A stretch of DNA of 53,906 nucleotides from a virus (IMGVR_UViG_3300036850_000179:1-53906), one strand, 5' to 3'; counted from the first letter of the stretch, positions 43,535-52,705 are shown. The notes: a model not told the origin generated them from the letters alone. Translations and numbers: made by a program.

Positions 43535-45373
43535 TTAGGCTGGGGGCGCTCCAGGTTCAGGGGTGCCTTGGGCGCCCCGCTGCTGGCGTGCCTGGAAACG
43601 GACGAGGTCTGCCTCCTCGGGAGGCAGGGTGCGGCCGGTCAAGTCCTGGATGTTCCCGGCCGAGGTGGTACCGAACCCGGGCGGCGTCTCGTTGAGGGTC
43701 TCGAAGTCGGCGCCCTCCGGCGGCGTCTCCTCGCCTTCACCTTCGACGGCCTGTTGGTCGACCTGCTGCTGTTGCGCGTTCGCGCGGGTGAGTGTCGCCT
43801 GGCCCTCCGGGTTGAGGTCCGGGTCGCGCTGCTCCTCCTTGATGAGTTCCAGCTCGTCGCCGGGGTAGCGGACGCCCAGCTTCTCCATTCCGGTCCGGCG
43901 GGACAGGACGCCGGCACCGACCTGTTCGATGACGAGGCGGGCTGCGCCAATGTCGTCCTTCGGGAGCACGCCCGGCCAGGTGATGATGACCCGGCGGTGG
44001 CCCTTGATGTCCTTCCCGGTCAGTTTGATGAGGCCGCTGCTGCCGCCGGCGGACATCCCGCCGGTCTCGGTGACGATGCCGATGTCCTTCATCTTCTCCA
44101 TGTGGTAGAGCATCTGCCCCATCACGCGAGACAGCCCCGTCGTCCAGTTAGTCCGTTTCAGGTCGAGGGTGGCGAGGACGTTGGTGAAGTTCACCGTCAG
44201 GCTCGCGCCGGTGTTGATGCTGCCGCCGGCCTCGCCGGAGAATGCCAGCTCCGACAGGCCACCCAGCTCGACGCCGTACATGCGAAGCCGGTCGACAAGG
44301 TCGCCGTACTCGGCGGGGAGGACGGGGATTTCGAGGAGGCTCACGTCGCTGCGGCCGTACAGCGGCAGAATGCCGCCGCCACCAGCGATACGGGTCGCGA
44401 GGTCGACGTAGTTCTCGGGGGCCATGAGCCACTTGTATGTCGGGTTCATGTACCGCTTCTCGATGTACGCCATGTGCGACACGAGCTGGTTAAGTTCCTC
44501 GTTGATTTCGAGGATTTGGTCTACGTCAGATTCGCCGTAGATGCCGAACCCGCCGTCGATGTTCGGGATGAACGTGAACGGGATGAACTCGTACGGATTA
44601 CTACCGTTCTCCTGCTCCTGCCCGCCGACCCAGTAGGCATACTGGTCCGGCGTCCACACCTCCAGGACCGGAATGCGGCGGTCCTGCACCTGCGTCGACA
44701 CCGCCCCGGCGTAGTTGCCGGTGACGATGTACGGCTGCCCGCCGGTACCGGCGTTCGACAACCGCGCGCCGACGACACCCGGCCCCTTGTAGGTGTCCTC
44801 CACCTCCCGCTCCGACTGGAAGCTGGCCGCGTCCGCGCCGAACATCGCGGCGGCCTGGTGGCGGTCGATAGTGTAACCGTAGAAGACCTTCGCGAGGTCG
44901 AGGTCGTTGTCGCCGCGGGTGATAGGGAACGCCAGCTCCGGCTGGATGGCGTGGAAGTCGGCGACATCCTTCCCCTCGACCTTGTTCATAAACGTCTTGA
45001 AGCCGGACACGCCGAGCAGCGACCCCAGGATGGCGGAACGGTTGAGATGCTGCCGGCGGCTGCCGGTCGCGAGGAGATGCGCGAGCGCCTTCTCCGGCGC
45101 CTCCGTCGCGTCACGGGCGCTGGTGGAGTCGTCGAGCGGTTCCACGTCCAACTCGAACAGCTTCCCCATCAGCATCGCCGCGTGGACGAGGACCATCTTC
45201 TTGATGAGGGGAACGCGCAGCTTCGGCTTGTTCGCGGGCCAGTCGTCCGGCCAGCGGAACAACCCCTGGAACGCCTGCCGGAGCAGCCAGAAGTCGGCGT
45301 TGCGGGCCTGCTGGTCGCCGCGGAGCGCGCGGAACTCCTCCAGCTCGGCGGCGAGGTCAAGGGCGTCAGCCAC
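43535..45373 (-). CDS. Portal protein
   Basis: Follows TerL; NPYEFIPF, YGESDV..I.E.N.ELN, LSRRTGMEKLG. Confidence 0.88.
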   Translation of the reverse strand: MADALDLAAELEEFRALRGDQQARNADFWLLRQAFQGLFRWPDDWPANKPKLRVPLIKKMVLVHAAMLMGKLFELDVEPLDDSTSARDATEAPEKALAHLLATGSRRQHLNRSAILGSLLGVSGFKTFMNKVEGKDVADFHAIQPELAFPITRGDNDLDLAKVFYGYTIDRHQAAAMFGADAASFQSEREVEDTYKGPGVVGARLSNAGTGGQPYIVTGNYAGAVSTQVQDRRIPVLEVWTPDQYAYWVGGQEQENGSNPYEFIPFTFIPNIDGGFGIYGESDVDQILEINEELNQLVSHMAYIEKRYMNPTYKWLMAPENYVDLATRIAGGGGILPLYGRSDVSLLEIPVLPAEYGDLVDRLRMYGVELGGLSELAFSGEAGGSINTGASLTVNFTNVLATLDLKRTNWTTGLSRVMGQMLYHMEKMKDIGIVTETGGMSAGGSSGLIKLTGKDIKGHRRVIITWPGVLPKDDIGAARLVIEQVGAGVLSRRTGMEKLGVRYPGDELELIKEEQRDPDLNPEGQATLTRANAQQQQVDQQAVEGEGEETPPEGADFETLNETPPGFGTTSAGNIQDLTGRTLPPEEADLVRFQARQQRGAQGTPEPGAPPA

Positions 45374-45382
45374 GTCGTTCTC

Positions 45383-47017
45383 CTAGATGTTGATGTCGGC
45401 GAAGCCAGGCGTCGTCGCCTGCTCCAGCGATTCCAGGTCGGTCGGGTCGGCGGGACCGACCACCTCCGCGGTTGGCCGCGGGGCGTTCTCTCGGACGAGG
45501 TCCGCCAGGATACACATAGCCATGACGGTGTCCTGCTTCAGCTTCTTGTCGTCGGGGTAGCGGTAGCGGTAAAACTCGCTCCGGCGGTCGATGAGGAGCG
45601 GATAGTTCACCGGGTCGGGCCATCGCCACCGGCCGATGACGGCCTTCTGGACGATGGGACCGGTACCGTCGAGATGCTCATGTTCCCAGTACGTCCACCG
45701 CGCTTCCATGTCCGACTGGAGGCCGCGTACGAGGTCGTGCTTCTTAGCGGCGGTGCCACCGAAGTGGTACGGCTCGATGGGGAGCCCGCGCCGTTCCAGC
45801 TCCTCCTGGACGGCGTCGCCGGCGGGGCCGGTCACGTCGACACCGACGACGAGGGGACGGTGCGTCCGCCACCGCTGCTCGATGATTTTGTACTTCTTCT
45901 CCCACGACGCCTCGCCACCTTCCAGGTAGACAAGGTCGGCTACGAGGTACGGGAGGCGGTTGGGGTACACCACGCCGGTGATACCGACGGTGGCGTCGCT
46001 GTTGGGGCTGGAGCCACCGAGGTCCCACGCCTGGAACACCAGCGGCCGGACGGTGTCCCCGCGCCCGCCGCTGTGGCGTCGCACGAGCGGCTGCGGGACG
46101 TACCAGGTGTGGTCCGACTTGAACATCTGCCGGACCGCAGTCCGGAGGAACCACTTCCGGCCCGACTGGGCGAACTCCCCGAGAATGACCTGCCGCCCGA
46201 GCGGGGTGAACTCCCCATCCGGACGGACGAGGTCCGGGTCGGCCATGACGCGGTCGCGGTCCGACTGCGGCCAGAACGGATTCTCACGGGCGTCGCCGGT
46301 CTGGCTGTAGACCCGCGGGTGCTCCTCCTGGCCGTCCTCGAACATCTCGAACACGAACTCGTCCGTTTTCGGCTTCGGGGTGCCGTACCAGTCGTGCGCG
46401 CCAGACACGCCGAGCGTCCGCGGGTTGAGGATGTTCCCGTGGACGGTCCGCATGTCGGGGATGAGCCCGACCTCGTCCACTTTGATGCGGCGGCGACGGA
46501 CCGCCTCGACGTGCTTGCCGCCTTCGTCGAGGGAGCCCCAGTTGATGATAGCGCCGTTCTTCAGCCGCACCCAGGCGGGGTTGACCGCCGAGATACCGGC
46601 GATGATGCTGGCGATGGGGTCGCCGCGCTCATACCACTGCCGGACCCGCTCGAACGACTCCCTGGCGGTCGCGTACTGGAAGCTGGCGACAAGCCCGCGC
46701 CAGTCGAGCCGTTCCCACTCGTCCCACGTTTCGTCGCTGTCGGCGAACCACCGCCCCCGCCGGTCGAGGTCGAGTTTGTACCACGCCCGCATCAACATAT
46801 CGCGGGCGATATGCTCAGTCTTCCCCCACGAGTTCCCCGGGCTGAGCAGGTTGATGGCCTTCGTCGACTTCACCGAGAACTGGACCTGGCCCCACCACAT
46901 CGGGCTCATCCGCTTCCGGTCGTCCCGGAATAGCAGGGAGTTGAATCCGTGGACCCCCTGCGGGGTCGACGGGTCCAGCGCCATCAATGGATGGAGTTGC
47001 AGCCCCTTGCTCGACAA
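45383..47017 (-). CDS. terL: Terminase large subunit (start uncertain: 47017, 46984 or 46909)
   Basis: Walker A GNSWGKT, Walker B VDE, GTP, nuclease AWDLG, GVDVTG, DTVMA. Confidence 0.92.
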   Translation of the reverse strand: MSSKGLQLHPLMALDPSTPQGVHGFNSLLFRDDRKRMSPMWWGQVQFSVKSTKAINLLSPGNSWGKTEHIARDMLMRAWYKLDLDRRGRWFADSDETWDEWERLDWRGLVASFQYATARESFERVRQWYERGDPIASIIAGISAVNPAWVRLKNGAIINWGSLDEGGKHVEAVRRRRIKVDEVGLIPDMRTVHGNILNPRTLGVSGAHDWYGTPKPKTDEFVFEMFEDGQEEHPRVYSQTGDARENPFWPQSDRDRVMADPDLVRPDGEFTPLGRQVILGEFAQSGRKWFLRTAVRQMFKSDHTWYVPQPLVRRHSGGRGDTVRPLVFQAWDLGGSSPNSDATVGITGVVYPNRLPYLVADLVYLEGGEASWEKKYKIIEQRWRTHRPLVVGVDVTGPAGDAVQEELERRGLPIEPYHFGGTAAKKHDLVRGLQSDMEARWTYWEHEHLDGTGPIVQKAVIGRWRWPDPVNYPLLIDRRSEFYRYRYPDDKKLKQDTVMAMCILADLVRENAPRPTAEVVGPADPTDLESLEQATTPGFADINI

Positions 47018-47456
47018 CGTAGACCTCCGTACTCGTGGTGCCGCGGAGCAGCTCCCGAAGTGCGTCGAGGCCGCCTTCCTTCTTCGACTTCAGCGCGTTC
47101 GCTGCCGCCATGCCGGCTTTCAGGTCGGGACCGTGCCGGCCGAGGTACAACACCTGCTCCATCAGGACCATGTACAGCATACGGTCGACGGGGTCGTCGG
47201 CGCTACGGGCCTGCTTCACGAGGGCCTCGAACAGGCCGACCGCTTCCGTCTGGAGGAGGGTCACGAGGTCTTCGACATGGCCGGGAAGCATGTGGTGGAG
47301 GTGCTCCGAGATGCCCGGTTGCGAAACCGGCTTCGAGAGCGCGTAGTGCTCGGTGATGTACTCCCCCAGCTCCCGCTGTTTCAGGTCGGGATGCTCCCGG
47401 ATGAACCGGTCTATCTCCACTCGCGCCTTCGAGTGACAGATTGCACACCCTGTCAT
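46815..47456 (-). CDS. terS: Terminase small subunit
   Basis: CAIC...ID...S...ISEH..H Zn/HTH N-terminus; upstream of terL. Confidence 0.7.
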   Translation of the reverse strand: MTGCAICHSKARVEIDRFIREHPDLKQRELGEYITEHYALSKPVSQPGISEHLHHMLPGHVEDLVTLLQTEAVGLFEALVKQARSADDPVDRMLYMVLMEQVLYLGRHGPDLKAGMAAANALKSKKEGGLDALRELLRGTTSTEVYVVEQGAATPSIDGAGPVDPAGGPRIQLPAIPGRPEADEPDVVGPGPVLGEVDEGHQPAQPGELVGED

Positions 47457-47475
47457 GTTTGCCCCCTAAACTGCC

Positions 47476-47502
47476 AAAAGGCCGCCCCAGGCGGGGGCGG
47501 CC
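47476..47502 (-). terminator. Intrinsic terminator-like hairpin upstream of terS
   Basis: Minus strand GGCCGCCCC-loop-GGGGCGGCC-TTTT. Confidence 0.65.
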
Positions 47503-47612
47503 CTTGGCTTCTCGCCACTATCGCGTGCGGAGCGCCCTTGGTCTCCCGGCGGGTCCGGAGCCCCATCTGTTCGGGGGCGGGCGGCCGGGGCAGTAGCCGT
47601 CAGCCCCCGCCG

Positions 47613-48221
47613 TCACGCCTCCGCGGGCTTACGGGTGCGACGCTTGGGCACCTCGCCGGCGGCCCCGGAGCCGGCGGCCGGCGCCGCGTCGGCGCTGTCG
47701 CCTTCCCCCGCGGCCCTCTTCGCGGCCTCGACGCGGTCGGCGTAGCCCTGCGCGAAGCCGGGGTCGACCTCCGAGAGCATCAGGCCGGCGCGGAGGCCCT
47801 CCTCACGAGCCCGGGTGACGGCCTGGTGAGGGTTCGCGAACGGGTCAGGCAGACCCGCCTCGGCGGCGAGGTCGCTGTAGGACTGGTGCAGACCCGAGCT
47901 GACCATCGCCGGGTCGGGGTGCGCCAGGACGGTCGTGTCGACCGGCTCCGCCGGCGCAGGCGGCCCGCTCGGGGCGGGCTGGGCGCCCTTGAACATGCCG
48001 CTCCCGTCGAGCTGCTCCGCGTCGATGCGGGCGTCGAGGGCCTCGGTCTGCTCGTCGGTCGGGTCTTCGATGAGCCGGACCTTGCTGGCGGCCCACTGCT
48101 CCTGCGAGCTGAAGTGCTCCGGCTCGACGTTCAGGTAGCCGTCCTGGGTCGTGATGACACGCCCGAGACGGCCGTCGTCCATGTGCTGGACGACATCTCC
48201 GTGCTTGTAGCTGAGCGACAT
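47613..48221 (-). CDS. Hypothetical protein (SH3-like N-terminus, disordered tail)
   Basis: AAGGAGAGG RBS, ATG 48221; YKHGDVVQH..DGRLGRV. Confidence 0.75.
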   Translation of the reverse strand: MSLSYKHGDVVQHMDDGRLGRVITTQDGYLNVEPEHFSSQEQWAASKVRLIEDPTDEQTEALDARIDAEQLDGSGMFKGAQPAPSGPPAPAEPVDTTVLAHPDPAMVSSGLHQSYSDLAAEAGLPDPFANPHQAVTRAREEGLRAGLMLSEVDPGFAQGYADRVEAAKRAAGEGDSADAAPAAGSGAAGEVPKRRTRKPAEA

Positions 48222-48264
48222 GAGGGAACCCTCTCCTTCGGTCGGTCGCGAGCGGGCCGGTCGG

Positions 48265-48444
48265 TCAGCCGGCCTCGTGCTCGCCGGTGGACGTGTCGGC
48301 GTTCTTGACGAAGTACGTCGCGAGCCAGGCGGCGCCGGCGACGGCAGCCTTCGCCCACAGCGGCGCGTCGGCGGCGAGGGTCGCCGAACCGAACGCGGCC
48401 AGCATGGCGACGAACGCCTTGTTGGTGGTGAAACCTTGCAGCAT
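48265..48444 (-). CDS. 59-aa two-TM holin-like protein
   Basis: Hand translation MLQGFTTNKAFVAMLAAFG...AAWLATYFVKN; GAGGAGG RBS. Confidence 0.65.
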   Translation of the reverse strand: MLQGFTTNKAFVAMLAAFGSATLAADAPLWAKAAVAGAAWLATYFVKNADTSTGEHEAG

Positions 48445-48454
48445 GGTGACCTCC

Positions 48455-48480
48455 TCACTTAAGCCCGCGAACTGAGGACA
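48455..48480 (-). promoter_or_regulatory. Late promoter (first gene of the late arm)
   Basis: TGTCCTCAGTTCGCGGGCTTAAGTGA. Confidence 0.75.
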
Positions 48481-50080
48481 CCGCGCGAAGAACCTCTTGT
48501 TTTGCCCAGATTTGTCGCTCGCGACCGTTTTGCGAACCTGCCCCCTCAGAAGGCTCCGAGTCAGTCGTCGCCTTCTTTCACCCCCTGCGCTATCGGCCGC
48601 GAGCCTATCGCGAGCGGAGGGGATTGGTTCATTAGACCGCGTTCATGTACTAGAACGCAATACCCCATCGGTACCAGGTTTTGTACTATCGTCTCATGTA
48701 GTAGTCCTGGGCTAGTAGCATGCCCCCGCCAGTCAGAACCTCTTTCTCGAAGGATGGGAGACTGACTCCCCAACCCATGGCTGACTGGGCGGGGCAGTAG
48801 GGCTACAGACCACAACCCGCCACCCCGAGGAACCCCGATGGGTTCCACCCTTCTCCGCTCACTGGTCCTCTGACTGCCCGCCCCATTTGGGGGCCTCCTT
48901 TTCAAGAAATCGCCGTCATCAATAGGGGGTCATATTATATATACTCTCTTCTTATTTAATACTACCCCCTATTGGAACCTCCGGAGTCCATATAGGAACT
49001 AAAGAGACCGTTCTCTCTCCATTTCCCACTAAACATATGGGTATGGGGGTCTATATAGGTGAGAGAGGTCGTTCTACATCATAGTGAACACCATTCACTA
49101 TGTAAACGCTGTTTACCCAGTGGTTTAGTGGGTAAGATAGACCCTCCTCTCTCATCCCCACACTCACACCACTAGACAGACCTGTCTACCTACCCCATCC
49201 TGGGCTGACTGGGGCGGGCGACCAGTCCATACAGACGGCGGGCCACGCCGACGTAGGCTGGCCTACGGTGTACTCCGCATCTAGGATTCACTACCACACC
49301 GGTATGTCCGGTCTTGCCTGCCTGCTCCGTCTGTATGCATTCTCGTCTAGTCCTCTGACCTGCGACGTTGCAGGTCGCAAGTCTCTGACCAGGCCATTTG
49401 ACACGTCGGATAGGATGGGCGCGAACCATCGCCCACCAGGAAGGACCTCGACAAGACGGCAGCCGGAAGTGACTCCCCGGCTGGAATCGCAAGTACAGAG
49501 CACGGCCCGCCAGTAGGGGAAACGCCAAGACTCGACCATCGGACCTCACGGGCCGGTCGAGACAGAAGACATCCCGAGGAGCGGCAGGGCGGTTGGCCCA
49601 GCAAGCCAGACCAGGACCCTGGAATCGAGCGGATACCGCGAACCATCCGGTGTACCCACCTCCAGCGCATCCCGCGCTGCTGGGTAGCCTAGTGGTCGCG
49701 CCATCACTCCAGCCGGGCTAGCCTCGCGTCGCGAGGACCATCTAGCCGGGTGAGCCGGTAGGCGAGTGGGAGTGGCAACGCGAACAGCACGGGCTGCGCA
49801 AGCCAGCGGCAACGGAGCGCCCATGGTGGACGACGGGGAACCGAGATGCCACAAGCTATCCGCACGGCCGAGCATCGGCCTTAAGACAGCAGCGAACGGA
49901 CCTACCCTCATACCTCTGCGCCATCGCGACTTCTGTCGCGGTCTCGGGCCGTCGGGCATGGCGGCCGGCTACATGTATGCAGCGAACGGACCTACCCTCT
50001 GTCCTCTACTGCTGACGCTCGGATGAATCACGCGTCCACCTTGCGGACGCGCATGCTCGCGGGTATGCCCGACCAGCCAT
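48481..50080. other. 1.6-kb non-coding region with AT-rich core and inverted repeats (likely packaging / genome-end region)
   Basis: No convincing ORF; AT-rich 48930-48963 flanked by an 11-bp IR; lies between the divergent late and early arms. Confidence 0.6.
49889..49999 (+). repeat. 21-bp direct repeat pair, 90 bp apart (tandem early promoters?)
   Basis: GCAGCGAACGGACCTACCCTC at 49889 and 49979; contains the -10-like TACCCT. Confidence 0.7.
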
Positions 50081-50128
50081 CGCATGGCGCGCGAGCGCGA
50101 CCCGTATCCGACCTCCTTGGAGGTTCGC

Positions 50129-50407
50129 ATGTATTCTGTCCTGTTCAACCGTGCCGGCGCGCGGCTCAGCGGCTCCGCCGTCTATGAGCTGGAGACGCCG
50201 GACGGTATCATCATCGCGACCACGGGCATGGAGGTCCCGTCGGTCGTTGCGGCGCTTCTCGGCTACGACGTGGCGCGACCGCGGCGCTACAGCTACCGCG
50301 ACCTGGTCACCCTGGCGAACGCGCTCAACGGGGCGCGCCAGTCGGGTCTCCGGTCGCTGCTGGTCGACTACAGCGACCTGGTCGAAGCCAGGAAGCACCA
50401 GCGATGA
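50129..50407 (+). CDS. First early hypothetical protein
   Basis: GGAGG RBS, ATG 50129. Confidence 0.7.
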   Translation: MYSVLFNRAGARLSGSAVYELETPDGIIIATTGMEVPSVVAALLGYDVARPRRYSYRDLVTLANALNGARQSGLRSLLVDYSDLVEARKHQR

Positions 50408-50523
50408 GCGTCCTCCGCCATCTGGCCGACCGCCGTCACCATCCCGCGTCGCTTCCTGATGTCGGCGCGCTGCTCATCTGGGCTGGCGTGCTACTGTTCC
50501 TGTTCCCTGGCCTGCTACGGTGA
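50404..50523 (+). CDS. 39-aa TM microprotein
   Basis: Hand translation; ATGA overlap. Confidence 0.5.
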   Translation: MSVLRHLADRRHHPASLPDVGALLIWAGVLLFLFPGLLR

Positions 50524-50534
50524 AGGAAAACGCC

Positions 50535-50648
50535 ATGACGGAAGCGGAACGCTTCCTGGACTCGGACCCGTCCCGCTGGCTGAGCCAGGGCGGGGCTGTC
50601 AAGGACAGCAACGACGACTTGCCGGCCGATGTGTCGGCGGAGAGGTGA
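50535..50648 (+). CDS. 37-aa acidic microprotein
   Basis: AAGGA RBS; hand translation. Confidence 0.5.
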   Translation: MTEAERFLDSDPSRWLSQGGAVKDSNDDLPADVSAER

Positions 50649-50650
50649 CC

Positions 50651-50857
50651 ATGCAAATCGTGGCAGTGTTCACCGGTCGCGGACACGACGTTCTGACGGA
50701 GGACGGTCCGCGCGACCGGAAGGTGGCGCTGGTCCGTAACCTGCTCGACGGCGTCGACTCCGGCCGGGTCCGCGCGTTCGCGGTCATCGGTGCGGGCGTG
50801 CTTGGCCTCGGCGAAGAGGCTGAGCTGGTGGAAGCCCTAGACCCGTCACCGCGCTAG
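50651..50857 (+). CDS. Hypothetical protein
   Basis: GAGGTG RBS, ATG 50651. Confidence 0.65.
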   Translation: MQIVAVFTGRGHDVLTEDGPRDRKVALVRNLLDGVDSGRVRAFAVIGAGVLGLGEEAELVEALDPSPR

Positions 50858-50889
50858 ACGGTACGCCACGGCCGACGCCGTGGCGGTCC

Positions 50890-50906
50890 GCGTGGCACGG
50901 TGTCAC
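50890..50906. promoter_or_regulatory. Palindromic operator-like site, copy 1
   Basis: GCGTGGCACGGTGTCAC. Confidence 0.55.
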
Positions 50907-50923
50907 GAGAAACGGAGGCAATC

Positions 50924-51100
50924 ATGTCCGCAGAGCCTATCACCCGCTCGGCTGCCATCAAGGAGTTCTTCTCGGTGCCGGGCCACCCGGTCACGCTGAA
51001 GGAGCAGCGTGAGTTCATGTCCGCCGACCGCGAGGGCTACCGCTGGGTGGGCGAGCAGGCCGCCGCCGCGCTCGGCCGTCCCGTGAAGGAGACCGCGTAA
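50924..51100 (+). CDS. Hypothetical protein
   Basis: GGAGG RBS; AIKEFF...VTLKE.REF. Confidence 0.75.
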   Translation: MSAEPITRSAAIKEFFSVPGHPVTLKEQREFMSADREGYRWVGEQAAAALGRPVKETA

Positions 51101-51130
51101 GACACGCGCCAGACCGTAGCGCCCGGGTTG

Positions 51131-51162
51131 TTGACGGGCGCCTCGGCGTGGCACGGTGCCAC
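51131..51162 (+). promoter_or_regulatory. TTGACG -35 plus palindromic operator, copy 2
   Basis: TTGACG at 51131; GCGTGGCACGGTGCCAC at 51146..51162. Confidence 0.55.
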
Positions 51163-51204
51163 AGTATGACCCTTGCCCGTTGAGAAGGGCAGGAAGGGGA
51201 CAAG

Positions 51205-51876
51205 ATGAACGTCTTCGCGAGCGTCTCGGTCGACGAGATGACCGCCAACATCCTCACGGCATGGCGCGCCAGCGACGCGCATTGTCGCCACCAGGGCGCC
51301 ACCTGGTACCCGCGGGCGCACGCCTACGTCCGGGCGCTTGCCGACTACAGCGGCCTGGACGTTGCCCAGACGGCAGCCATTGTGGCGATGCTGTCGCCGC
51401 GTACGCCCTGGGCGCGGAACAAGGTCAACGCTGCGGCGCTGCTGGTCGAAGCCGGCCATTTGGCTCCGGCGGACGCCGTCAAGGTCCTGGCGGAGTCTGG
51501 AACGGCCGCTAGCGCCGACGATGTGTGGGAGCCGCGCGGGCTGCCCAACAACATCAGGAAGGCCCGCCTGGTCGCGAACGGCGGCAACACCGCGACGCTC
51601 GTGACCGGCCAGAAGGTGACGAGCTTCTACTACAACATCCTCGACCCCTGGAACAGCGACGATGTCACCGTCGACGCGTGGTCGGCCGGCGTCGCGGTCG
51701 GGCGGAGGCTCGCTAACGCGGAGCTGTCCGGTCTAACGGCCGTTCAGTATCAGCGGGTCGCACTGGCGTACACGTTCGCGGGGGTGAAGCTCGGCAAGCT
51801 GCCGTCGACGGTGCAGGCGACAGGATGGTGCTGGGCTCGGAATCAGACCGGCTACGGCCACGACCGACACCAGTAG
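51205..51876 (+). CDS. DUF7178-like protein (HhH/glycosylase-related)
   Basis: G..WY..AH, LSP.TPW..N, GQKV.SF..NI, VTVD.W, P..VQA..W. Confidence 0.75.
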   Translation: MNVFASVSVDEMTANILTAWRASDAHCRHQGATWYPRAHAYVRALADYSGLDVAQTAAIVAMLSPRTPWARNKVNAAALLVEAGHLAPADAVKVLAESGTAASADDVWEPRGLPNNIRKARLVANGGNTATLVTGQKVTSFYYNILDPWNSDDVTVDAWSAGVAVGRRLANAELSGLTAVQYQRVALAYTFAGVKLGKLPSTVQATGWCWARNQTGYGHDRHQ

Positions 51877-51883
51877 GGAGGCA

Positions 51884-52030
51884 ATGATGGCCGTGCAGAA
51901 GCGGCTCACCAGGGAGCAGCTCCGCGCGAAGCGTCGCATCCGCGCGAAGGACCAGGCGTGGCGCGAAGCCCGTGAGGTTTGGCGTCCGACTGTCAACCCC
52001 GTCACGGGGCGGGAGAAGGGCAGGGCATAG
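51884..52030 (+). CDS. 48-aa basic microprotein
   Basis: GGAGG RBS; hand translation. Confidence 0.55.
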   Translation: MMAVQKRLTREQLRAKRRIRAKDQAWREAREVWRPTVNPVTGREKGRA

Positions 52031-52458
52031 TGGCCGACCACATCAGTTTCCTCCCAGGGAGCGTGCAGAACATCATCATCCGGCTCGACGAGCGGCACGT
52101 CGCTGACGGCCGTTGGACAGCGGAAGACTACGCGAACCAGCGCGCCTACCGGGCGCTGTTCCACGAGCTGGGCGGCAACATCGCGAACGACCTCGACCTG
52201 GCGGTCCCGGAGCCGGGCGGACAGACCTGGGACGTGGAAGTCTGGGACCGCACCGGCACCGTGCGCTACGTCGGCCACAGGTGGGCGAACCTCCAGCTCG
52301 CGGGCGTGCTGGCCGACCTGGCGGTCCCGGACTACGACGGCTACGACATCTACCGGAACGACCGAGACCTCTGGACGGAAGTGGACGCCAACGGCGGCGA
52401 CTTCCACGACTTCGACGACCCGTTCGACGGCCCTCCTGGGCCTGAGCATGAGGAGTGA
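52030..52458 (+). CDS. Acidic hypothetical protein
   Basis: GTG coupled to the upstream stop. Confidence 0.7.
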   Translation: MADHISFLPGSVQNIIIRLDERHVADGRWTAEDYANQRAYRALFHELGGNIANDLDLAVPEPGGQTWDVEVWDRTGTVRYVGHRWANLQLAGVLADLAVPDYDGYDIYRNDRDLWTEVDANGGDFHDFDDPFDGPPGPEHEE

Positions 52459-52462
52459 CAGC

Positions 52463-52705
52463 ATGCCACTGCTGACCCCCGACCCGAGCATCGGCCCCGG
52501 TTTCAAGACGACCAGTCCGGAGCTTACCCTGAGAGGAGTACATAACCCAATCACGCTGGAACTCAACGAGCACACCAGCGGCGGGTTCTCCGCCGCCCTT
52601 TTCCAGACCGACTCGACCGGCCGGCGCAACATGGTCCTGCTGGGTTCAGAGCAGACCGACCGCCTCCGCCGGCTCCTGAACCGGGCCTACCGAGAGAGAG
52701 GGTAA
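52463..52705 (+). CDS. Hypothetical protein
   Basis: GAGGAG RBS, ATG 52463. Confidence 0.6.
   Translation: MPLLTPDPSIGPGFKTTSPELTLRGVHNPITLELNEHTSGGFSAALFQTDSTGRRNMVLLGSEQTDRLRRLLNRAYRERG

Noticed and set aside
43484-46933. Long plus-strand ORFs antisense to the late genes (also 24693..27023, 31132..32907, 37359..39098)
   Set aside because: They mirror well-supported minus-strand genes, lack motifs, and are typical high-GC antisense artefacts
47505-47605. HDV-like ribozyme (minus strand CGC-TCCGCAC-GCG resembles P3/L3)
   Set aside because: Could not build complementary P1 and P2 helices; the flanking CCAAGGG copies are direct, not inverted
48900-49140. Protelomerase target of a linear plasmid-prophage
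   Set aside because: The inverted repeats are short and spaced, and no protelomerase or partition genes are recognisable
48497-50026. ORFs in the 1.6-kb intergenic region
   Set aside because: No clear RBS, atypical codon usage and no protein-like motifs
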